Assembly: GCA_026026165.1 (NCBI GenBank)
Contig: JAPEUD010000010.1
Span: 496,001-524,575, forward strand
From: Sarea resinae
Lineage: Eukaryota
Direction: 5' to 3'
Length of the DNA: 28,575 nt
Position numbers and translations under genes: made by a program. Shown here piece by piece: positions 12,401 through 20,174 of this stretch (the stretch's first letter is position 1; every line of letters begins with the position of its first letter). The notes beneath the pieces are model-generated. The model was given only the letters and a program-made list of their open reading frames with translations. It ran no database searches and had not been told where the DNA came from.

Positions 12401-12521
12401 TCCATCATCCCTGGACCCCGTCGCCGTCCCCGCCGCCACCCCCGCCGCTGTCGTCCCAGGTCCCGTGCTCCCTCTCCCGACGACGGAGTTGGCGGACGGT
12501 ATCAAGGCTCCTGCGTCTTGA
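9408..12521 (+). CDS. T5orf172/MUG113 (GIY-YIG-like nuclease) domain protein, ~1037 aa, with N-terminal Cys/His motif and long disordered regions
   Basis: One long ORF, first ATG at 9408 (the ORF track starts at a TTG at 9360). Domain at ~10434-10750: GYVYTF...GFIKLGFT...EGRVEGYRQC...HVEQLVFSELAPYRR...C...CGKAHEEWLE. N-terminal KCFGTGRKGPC...LYCCYHHDQA. An upstream exon cannot be excluded (possible acceptor near 9391-9394). Confidence 0.82.
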   Translation: MAGSVLSEHEGQPLTDGLRGARALFGLDPAFEFKCFGTGRKGPCGRTVGEPKRTEIGDVLDIIDAASSYGGAVVKAIEIASRNLYCCYHHDQAEDLASEWREKLIRTLPNSSRSPVLEKPKGGVAEAPQTPSPQNKSQRNHYPQSPTARSVVGDDSPSQREDTTSLRPPAAWKGQRSPSSTRRNSHGSLPSTPASSLGARDDSPTSDVSSIFSRRSRSSSPSTPATSPPNAKGGLVEQESPLARRRTRSSVHGSSGTLLSSADEADDYTSPNRQLDYGRAPGAPKKDERTDLRKSARLAGEDPPRNEVKKPRFVPYHEPLTSLIIAQKIKRRLTGTLGVKSLGKGYVYTFTRDEDPGFIKLGFTRVHSEGRVEGYRQCGNCTAYLKSSEDTPHPYHVEQLVFSELAPYRRKESSGCNGGNGCGKAHEEWLETSQEKVRDVLAHWLQFAKYYPYGSGRYLTKNWTEHLICVTDAIRLGKEVCWKDWIHAFQEKESPSIGPTLSIFESAASVAIEPERAVKKAVESVKKSAVKSRNSKFKELMSSGYEEPIPSAHNLKPESTPRPRSRSTSAMERATPGTKPTLYEDTIAQIRSSQTSSGWGMSSSNAVPEIKVEEADSLLTEVAQISADLEGDLERSEAEEQREAGDRTLSTSKEPDPKPLDLSSQEADLAFALSVQESVVWSAQSGPSRAATPLIEDDQEKSSSPLGIKSEDVAAALTKGIERSDARVKTGPSELSKGLPRSPLLTGFVRESAAEPGSASVEAGTKQPGDLTPPPQNPWEASTKPLKDVKPGEITDMLFEGTLKGESVTQLDACDQALHDVLDPTTASGSTTSSQSSGSGEALNAPPNTPPAAVATAVNDKSTSASESSSHAHPYLHSPVPRAISTFTFSAQDFANNAFMAPAWSAGNIAAPISASAAAAAATAAVTASHPPPYLHSPVPRAIPSFTFSPQDFVTTTTGTPKVAPAPNLAPPPPIPPRPQDWRPGHSAAATSLPSLPSPSSLDPVAVPAATPAAVVPGPVLPLPTTELADGIKAPAS
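12014..12267 (+). repeat. 77-bp direct repeat inside the CDS (12014-12090 and 12191-12267; offset 177 bp, in frame)
   Basis: Identical core TATCTGCACTCTCCTGTCCCCCGCGCCATC. Peptides are YLHSPVPRAISTFTFSAQDF and YLHSPVPRAIPSFTFSPQDF. Confidence 0.9.
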
Positions 12522-12859
12522 TGATTGCTAGGACTGAACTTCTTCTGTTATATGATATGATATGATCTATACGATGCGATACGATACGACTGCTATTCCC
12601 GGCTTAGCAGGCGCGGGGTGGGAACCGTTGGAGTCGGAATCAGTCGACCATCTTTCTTCTGTGCCCACTGCATTTACTCTCGTTTTTTCTTTTCTTTTCC
12701 TACTCTCTCTTTTTTTTTCCAAGGGAAGGGGGGAGGGGGCTATATATACGGTCTCTATACGGTCCATACATGATACATACGTATATGATACATACGAACT
12801 TTACATACACAAATGAACGCCACGCCGCAACACGCGTGCCCTGTGCGAGAGAGTCTACG

Positions 12860-13036
12860 AGTCCTATGGCTTATATGACTTACTTATGACTTGTGTCCTT
12901 TGTTTTATCGTCCTTGTGTCTTTTCTTTTCTTTTCTTTTTCTCTTTCTTTTGCCTTTCTCTTTCGGGATTTTGCTACTTCTTCTATACTAATGTGATAGT
13001 TTATCACGTACAAGATGAGGTAGCCTAGCCTAAGGC

Positions 13037-13069
<33 letters not shown>

Positions 13070-13450
13070 GGCAGAATATAAGCGGTACTACCTATACATA
13101 TATTTATACATACACACACACACACATCTAGTTCTACTGAAATCATGCTATCTAGAAAACTTAAGTGTGACTAAAAGTGAATATCACAGTGAATAGATTA
13201 GCAACAGATAATCTTAGGTACAGAGCATTTATTCTCTGCATTTACTCCTGGACCCCTACTTTTCTTTTCTTCTACTTCTCTTTCCTTACTATAGAGACTT
13301 ATAAAAACCTACCTACCTACCTAGCTTATAGAATGCGATGCGATGTAAAGTAATATAGTATGTCTAGTGCTACTAAATAATCTCATCTGTTAGTCTTTCT
13401 ATAAGGTCTAGTAAATAAGTAAACCTATTCGTACCTTATATACACTAAAA
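12860..13450. other. AT-rich, TpA-rich non-coding tract with (TA)n, (CA)n and (ACCT)n microsatellites; RIP-like degenerate sequence
   Basis: Visible drop in GC, frequent CTAG/TAAG/TATA words, stops in all frames, and microsatellites at ~13037-13068, 13107-13126 and 13307-13322. Confidence 0.55.
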
Positions 13451-13731
13451 AGACTTCCGACATCATGATCAGGATGGAAGGGGAAGGAGAGCATGTGGTG
13501 AGGAAGCTCAGCGGATCGCACACTACCTACCTTACCCGATCCACCCACGCCAGACAAACAAAAGGAACATGCGAGTGATCCTCACACCCGGACGCCACGA
13601 CCACTGACTGAACTCCATGACCATCTGTCCAAAGCTAGCTACCTACCTTACTTAGGCTTTGCTACGACATGTTTTGAAAGCCACCACAACTCTTCACGCG
13701 GATTCCAGATCCACAAAATTCCTTTGCTATC

Positions 13732-14597
13732 ATGGCTTTTCTCTCGCTTTCTAGATTCAAGAACCCCTTGAGCGCAGTGCTGCTCAATGCATTTCGCGAG
13801 GGTGAGGCTGCATCGCTGTGGCAGCAGTCAATGCGAGTCTCCTGCAACAGTGTATATTGATCGGCGGATCCGCACGGGTGGTTCATGGCTACAGGGTGGT
13901 CTATGGCTACAATCGAGCAACAAACGACTTGGACTTTGTCAACACACGACTTGATTTTGCAGCCACTGCATCCGCCATCGACGCCTTCGACCGAGGGCCG
14001 CGGGACAACCCGAGGCTCCGCCAGCGAAACTAGGGCACCTAGAGCTATGTGTTTGAAGACGAAATTGGCTCAGAGCTATCAATAGAAATAGAGTTCCTAG
14101 AGCTCGACGGTCCTTTTCTGCCGCGAATATTTGGAAGACATAAACTGCTGAGCGGCGAATGTGAGGCTTGAATTGCCGATATCGCCATTACCAAGGCAAT
14201 GGCCTTCGACATCGGATCACAAAGTAACCCAAGATTCCGAAAGCGGGATTTTGGGATCTGGAGCTACATTTCCCAGGAAGGGACCGACGGAGAGATATCA
14301 ATCGAAATTAAGTTCCTGGAGCTTGGCGGCCATTTTGTGCCGCGAAGAATAGGCAGGCATGAGCTGCCAAGCGGGGAGTGCATAGCCTTAATTGCGGATA
14401 TTGCAATCACCAAGGCAATGGCCTTCGTCGACGAGGACGACACGAAAAGCCTCAACGCCTTAACCTGGGCGCTATGAAAGATGGAGCACCGAGGCCAAAA
14501 GTTCGGAGACAGTGTGAACGAAGAAGAGAAAGAGACCCCTCTGGAAGCAGGAGCAAACGGATCTGGAGCCCTCAATTCTATGATCCTCCGGCTTTAG
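13732..14597 (+). pseudogene. Degenerate nucleotidyltransferase-fold (AbiEii-like) gene with frameshift, in-frame stops and internal tandem duplication
   Basis: One frame reads CILIGGSA..HG..RATNDLDF...SIEIEFLELDGPF...IADIAITKAMAF (the GGxA/DxD NTase signature plus a later K-A helix). Stops at 14031, 14040, 14169 and 14475; probable frameshift near 13810 from ATG 13732; the frame ends in TAG TGA TAG at 14595-14603. Confidence 0.7.
13983..14427 (+). repeat. Diverged 219-bp (73-codon) tandem duplication, units 13983-14201 and 14202-14420, bounded by GCCTTCG at 13983, 14202 and 14421
   Basis: AFDRGPRDNPRLRQRN*GT*SY...SIEIEFLELDGPFLPRIFGRHKLLSGECEA*IADIAITKAM aligns without gaps to AFDIGSQSNPRFRKRDFGIWSY...SIEIKFLELGGHFVPRRIGRHELPSGECIALIADIAITKAM. 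Confidence 0.9.
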
Positions 14598-14876
14598 TGA
14601 TAGCCGTGCGACTTGGTCGATCACGTTTGGCCAGCATAGACCATGAACACAGTGAGTCCGAAAACTGCATTTACGGGCTCTATCTGTCCATCATACTAAT
14701 ACGAATGGGACACTGCAAGGCAGGCAGCCGGAACAGCTAATGAGCCAGCCATCGCATATAATCAACAGAGAACACACACTTTCTCCGACCTTTGATCGGA
14801 TCGGCCGGTAAAGAGTCTTGTGCTCTACAGGAGCATTTTCTCGAGTTTGATCCGAGCCTCATCGAGCCTGCTCGTG

Positions 14877-15771
14877 CTAGCGCACCGTATGTGAAGGGCG
14901 ATGACGCCTACTGCCAAATTTTGGCTTTCTCTTGAACTTAGTCGCAAGCATATGCATATCCATGCGATTCCGCTCCGAAAGTTCTCGGTAAAATTTCTTT
15001 TGCTGTGCATCGGTGTCGAGAAATAAATATCGCACAAAGTAGGAGAGGTGGATCGCCGGCCTTGCTGGGTGAATTGGAAATTTCTCGCGATAGTGGCGGA
15101 GCTGATCTGATAAGGCATCCATGAAGCGTGGGATGGTCGGGATCAGCATCGGTGTAGTTCTGTCCTTGTTTCGAGCTTGATATGTAGCAGCGCGTTGCGG
15201 GCCTTTTCTTCCACGGGCGGGCGGACGCAAATCATCGCGATCACCGATTGGATTCGGGTGGAAGCGCTCCTCGAGTAGAAAGGTAGCGTACCCTAGAGCT
15301 TCGGGAACCTGGACAGTATCTCCATCCACAGAAAGCATGTAGACAGTCTCAGACCAGAAGACCACGCAGAGGTCAGATTCCCCTTCAGTGCCAACACGCC
15401 GTTCAAGCCGAGGAGCCTGCTCGATCTATGGATCATAGGGTATGTGACGAAAATCCGGCTTGACTGTTTCCCAATTTCCAGCGGCAAGCAGGTCACGGAC
15501 GATATCCTCCGTCTGCGAGGATCGGACAAGAAGGGAAATTTCCTGTGATGGCCGTGCATTAGTCTTCAGCATGGATGACTCGACAGCTTCAGAGCATACA
15601 TACTGGGTATGCTGCAAATGGAATGCCCATCCAATTCATGGCACGCGACTCAACGAGGATGAACGGGTGCTGGTAGGTGTCGAAGACCGCGAAAATGTCT
15701 TCTAAGAAGCCGTAGTGTGGGCACTCATTTGACGCTTGGGTGACATTGCGCCCTTCAGATTTTGTTTCCAT
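14877..15771 (-). pseudogene. Two-exon fungal hypothetical gene (possible divergent NTase fold) interrupted by one in-frame TAG; exons 15771-15604 and 15542-14877
   Basis: Intron 15603-15543 (GTATGT...ACTAAT...CAG, phase 0) joins ...HPFILVESRAMNWMGIPFAAYP to EISLLVRSSQTEDIVRDLLAAGNW. After the TAG at 15428-15426 the same frame continues IEQAPRL...VFWSETVYML...IPTIPRFMDAL...HLSYFVRYLFLD to the stop at 14877. Confidence 0.65.
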
Positions 15772-17334
15772 CGTAACGGGTGATGAGGAGAGAGGGAGAG
15801 GATAAGGACGAGGGCGAGGGTGAGGATGAGGTTAAGATGCGATACGGACGTCATACAAGATTATAGGTCATCAGAATACAATGTCTAGCAGAATTAAGAC
15901 AACCTCCTAAGCCGATAAGAGGGGGCTACCCTTTTGGCTTGATTATTTCCGGCAAAGGTGCGATATTCGCGATCCAGGAATACCTTGGTGGGTGATTACA
16001 TACACAACCAGTGCTTCACGGTAGAAGGCCGTCAATCTGCCAGAACACGAAAACCGAACAAAACAGAACAACCACCATGATCATGGTTGAAGCTAATCCG
16101 GGAACTTCTGCTTGAGAGCTTCCTAATCGAAACGTCAACTCTTCTCTCACCTCCAAGGATTACACTGATTTGGACAATGTCGGCGGCCGGATCTGGGTCT
16201 ATAGTATGATGTGGTGCGGAGGGGAGGGGAGGCCAGGGAGGGCAGGGCAAGGTGGGAGCAGGTCATCTGGTGATAGCCGCTGTGCCGCTGTGCCGCGTGC
16301 GGATCCCAATCCAGGACCTCCTATCCAATCCCATCTACGGAGTACCTTGCCGTTTCCTCTTCTGAAGCGCATGCGTGCCTGCATGTCTATCTGACCCGAT
16401 TTCATCTGTGGATCAGTCTTTGTATTCCAGGCACCACCTTCGTCGCGCACGACATCCCCCCCTCAGCTATACGTGGGGGAAGCCAAGCCCCACTGGAATC
16501 ATGCACGATGCAAGTTTGGTCAACGCTGCACGATTGCCTTGTCCTCGTTCGAGTTTGGTCTTTTCGTTCGTGCCCATGTTCTTCTCTTTTACCCGCTTGG
16601 CTTCTTATCTTTTAGCCACATCTGGCTTTCTAAATTTGGCTGTCCCGTCCCGGCCCTCCCGAGATCCCGTCTGCCTGCGCCATCAGAAGCGCAGGTAGCG
16701 TGGAGATTGGGAGGCTGTCGCGGTCGCTTGATGCTGTCTCTTTTGGCGCCGACAGGGTTGCTATCTCTTCATTCTCCCCAGCAGGTTGCTACTGCAAGGG
16801 GAGAATGCGGGTGGCTTAGAAGTCATCGTCGTTTTTCTCTCTCTGCTTCGAAGATCATCGTTTGACGAGGTGAAATTGGAATGATTGTCATACTATAGAC
16901 AGTGATTCTTCTTCTCTCTAGTTCGTGGGAGAGTAAAAATCTGCTCCCTCCTGCAGCTGCGCCGAATTGGCGAGGCTGAGCTTTCCTCAAGCACAGCTAT
17001 GACGGTGGTGGTAGCCTCGGGATCCGGTATATGAATGCTTGGATCTCCTTTCTCCTCACTGAAACGCTCGCCTTTCAATAGCACCACTGCGCAGCAATAT
17101 ATACAGAAGTCCTCAGAATAAGATGGCCATGTTTTCTGTCAAGTCTGACTGCGCTTTGAGGTTCTCCGCGAATGATTCACATCTGTGCGAAATGTTCCCA
17201 GCCATAAGAGTTGTCGTGTGGGACGACTGACACCTTAACCTAGTCATCCAACCCGTTCTCCGACTCGTCAAACATCAGGAGAGCCTTCCAGATCAGCAAC
17301 GCCGCCGCCAGCAACTCGGGACCGGCTTCTGACA

Positions 17335-19287
17335 GTGCCCACTGCCAGAATTCGACGTAAGAGCGCGCCAAGTCCTGCCAAGTCCTCCTTAAACGCTTCC
17401 CCATCTGCCAAATTTGACCATAAAGAAATGAGCTCCGGGTTCCAAAGGAGTTCGGTATCAGAAAACGGGACCCCGCAGAAGACGTTAAGACCCAAGTCGG
17501 CCGGGAACAGACGAGCAATCTCCCTAGGGTCTCCAATATCGCAGCCCATACTCAACTCCCCTGATGTGCCTACGGAGGCCACGAAGACCTTGATATCTTC
17601 CTCGAAAGGCTCGAATTCAAACAAAGATGATGGCTGCGAAGAAGAGCCATGGGATGACGACCTGAATGCCTCGCCATGGGGAGAACCCCCTATGTCATCG
17701 AACGCTGGTAGGATTGAAACACCTGTTTCCAAACGACCGCGAACGAGTCCGAGATCTAGCAAATCATGGGACTCCGAGAGGGCTGAGACGCCATCTAGCC
17801 AAAGGAAGAAACGTACTCGGAAATCAAACGAGCCCCCGAAAGTCGTCGAAGTTGAGACGCCAAAGCGTATACTTAGATCCACAAGCAAGAAGAGCCCATC
17901 CAACCGCTATAATCGAGACTTAATGGCTGCAGCTGGGAGAGTGCAAGATGAATGCCCAGGGGAAATACCGACGGAATCCGCGTCGTCTGGTACTCTAATG
18001 GACGAGTCAGACGACTTTTCGGATGCTGAAATGTTTGACACGCCATCTCGTCCGAAAACAGAGCGCAGTTCAAAGGCCGGAAGCAAAAGGAGCACCTTGA
18101 AACGCGCTCTGGCTGACCAGATGGCACGACCAGCTACAGATCCTGGCCCATTGACTGCGGCTGAGGAAACGGAAGAGGAGCCATTAGGTGCATACTCGAT
18201 TGGAAATTTCATGCCCGAGGAAGCGGAAGAGGAGCCGCCACGTGCATGCTCGATTGGATATAACATGCCAGATCGTCAAGCTGAAGAGCCCCGTGGAAGT
18301 TCGGACGTTAAAGCTGAGACTCCCAATCGGCCGAAACTTCGGAGTAGCCCAAGGTCTCGAGGCAAGAGTAGCTCTTCGAACCAGTTGCGGGTTGGTCCTC
18401 TAACGCGAACGACTTCCAGTCCAGGTCCACAGACCCCCGGCAGGAAAGATCGAGGAACTGATTATTTGCCATTCTATGACAAACACAAAGATGGTGCACT
18501 GGACTACAGGGCTGTCATCAACACAGCCTATTACAACATGACATCCAAGAAGGCGGCAAGTTCTTCTAAGCCTGGCTATATCTATCTCTACACTCACAAA
18601 GACTACCCAGGATACGTCAAGATTGGAAAGGAGACAATTCCAGATACAAGGACTGGTCAGCAGGCCAAAAGTTGCAAGGAAGAATTTACCGAAGTGAACA
18701 TAGGAAGCAAAGTTGCGACTCCACGGTTTGCTCTAGTGGAGAAGCTCATCCATTGGGAGCTAGATGGATGCAATCAAAGATATGAATGCTTCAAGCACGA
18801 GTCAGGGAAGTCAGGGAATCAAGGGAAAATACTGCACAAGGAATGGTTCAAGATCGAAACAGAAGATGCGGTAAAATGTGTCAATCGCTGGCGCAACTGG
18901 ATGGCCAATACTCCGTGTCCATTCACCGACTACGGGTTGACAAGGAAATGGCAGAGGGCCCTCAAGATCACTGAGGACGACTGGCGAAGTGGCGAGGACC
19001 GCGACGAATTCTGGACGAGGAAACTGGACCCGAAGAACATACCAGATGTCCCATACTCTTGGATTACTGACCAGATGCTCGACACGTACGATTGGATTCG
19101 AAATCTCAACACGTCCTACCTCTGGTTCCGACTTCTAGCACCCGGTTGTTTCTGTATCGGCCTCGTCTATCTGATCAACCTCCTGTCGGCCAAGCAAGTA
19201 GGGTGGGCGACCATTTGTATCCTGGGGCCATGGCTACTGGCTTTCACCATTGACTTCAGATACTGGATCCAGAAGGTCGCGAGCTAG
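17335..19287 (+). CDS. Second T5orf172/MUG113 (GIY-YIG-like) domain protein with disordered N-terminus and two predicted C-terminal TM helices; true start uncertain
   Basis: Domain at ~18571-18903: PGYIYLY...GYVKIGKE...DTRTGQQAKSC...LVEKLIHWEL...YEC...HKEWFKI...VNRWRNWM. Hydrophobic tail LLAPGCFCIGLVYLINLL / VGWATICILGPWLLAFTI. The frame is open from 17239, with a plausible acceptor (CTGAC...TAG) at 17243, which suggests an upstream exon; 17335 is a GTG. Confidence 0.82.
   Translation: MPTARIRRKSAPSPAKSSLNASPSAKFDHKEMSSGFQRSSVSENGTPQKTLRPKSAGNRRAISLGSPISQPILNSPDVPTEATKTLISSSKGSNSNKDDGCEEEPWDDDLNASPWGEPPMSSNAGRIETPVSKRPRTSPRSSKSWDSERAETPSSQRKKRTRKSNEPPKVVEVETPKRILRSTSKKSPSNRYNRDLMAAAGRVQDECPGEIPTESASSGTLMDESDDFSDAEMFDTPSRPKTERSSKAGSKRSTLKRALADQMARPATDPGPLTAAEETEEEPLGAYSIGNFMPEEAEEEPPRACSIGYNMPDRQAEEPRGSSDVKAETPNRPKLRSSPRSRGKSSSSNQLRVGPLTRTTSSPGPQTPGRKDRGTDYLPFYDKHKDGALDYRAVINTAYYNMTSKKAASSSKPGYIYLYTHKDYPGYVKIGKETIPDTRTGQQAKSCKEEFTEVNIGSKVATPRFALVEKLIHWELDGCNQRYECFKHESGKSGNQGKILHKEWFKIETEDAVKCVNRWRNWMANTPCPFTDYGLTRKWQRALKITEDDWRSGEDRDEFWTRKLDPKNIPDVPYSWITDQMLDTYDWIRNLNTSYLWFRLLAPGCFCIGLVYLINLLSAKQVGWATICILGPWLLAFTIDFRYWIQKVAS
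18163..18270 (+). repeat. 54-bp x2 in-frame tandem repeat within CDS
   Basis: EETEEEPLGAYSIGNFMP followed directly by EEAEEEPPRACSIGYNMP. Confidence 0.85.
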
Positions 19288-20174
19288 AGACGGGGGAAGC
19301 GCCCTTTGGATTTCTGGTCATTCTGTCGTATTTCTACTTTGAGGAGGGTCAGCCCTCCTATATGCTCATTTCCTCTGCGTGGAGAAGTTGCTGAGATTTC
19401 GGGTGGCGGCGCATCTGATTGATTCGTTTTCCCTTCCAGTGTCGACACTCTATCGGAGTCTAAGGCCATGGCTCTTTCTCGGGTGCATGTCCACCTTCCT
19501 TTCCGTCTTAGCCGTAACAGCCTCGGATCTGCATGTAATCATCGATCCATGAATTTATGAAGCAATACACTCCAAGTGAGATCGAATGACCGTTGAGATA
19601 CTGTGAGGTGTGCCTTGGTGCGCGCATGTTCAGCTTGTTTGAGGTCGAGACTGGGCCAACCCTGGGGGCGTGGGGCGTGGGACTGGGGCTAGAAGCTAGA
19701 ACATCGAAGGCTTCTCGAAGACGAACACGAGTTCCTACTATTCTCGTATTATCACAGTGTTCCGTACAGGATTCGGTCACTATCGATATCGATATCGACA
19801 TCCATATCTGTTTCGATTAATCAGCGTCCTGACCTGCCCCAACAGGCGTCTTGCCGATTTGCACGAGCGAGTACCTCTGAGTGTACGGTGAGTGTACGAT
19901 GACTACGGAGTACTGCGGAGAGCCCTCATCCATCACCACCAACCACCACCACCGATCACGAATGTCTATCATGCCCGGAGAGTGAGGATGAGACCTCGTA
20001 TACGATCGTGAACGTTGTCCGCTTCTTTTCTTTGGAAGGCATTTGATCCCACATGCCCCTTTTCGCTCCTACTCCCCTCTTCCTCTTTAGAGCGCCATCT
20101 CACATCGGTGATCGATCGTGCCCCTCTATTTCCAGTTGTTTGTTGGTCTCTCGGTGCGCCTCGCTTTGAATCGG

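Noticed and set aside
16375..16865. Overlapping 107-aa and 130-aa ORFs
   Set aside because: No domain signal; pyrimidine-rich sequence typical of a promoter/5'UTR.
9408..19287. The block as a bona fide transposon, Starship or endogenous virus
   Set aside because: No transposase, tyrosine recombinase (DUF3435), reverse transcriptase, capsid gene, terminal repeats or target-site duplication could be recognised.
19783..19798. 16-bp palindrome TCGATATCGATATCGA (and CCATCCATGGATGG at ~4451-4464)
   Set aside because: Both arise trivially from short self-complementary tandem repeats; no evidence of function.
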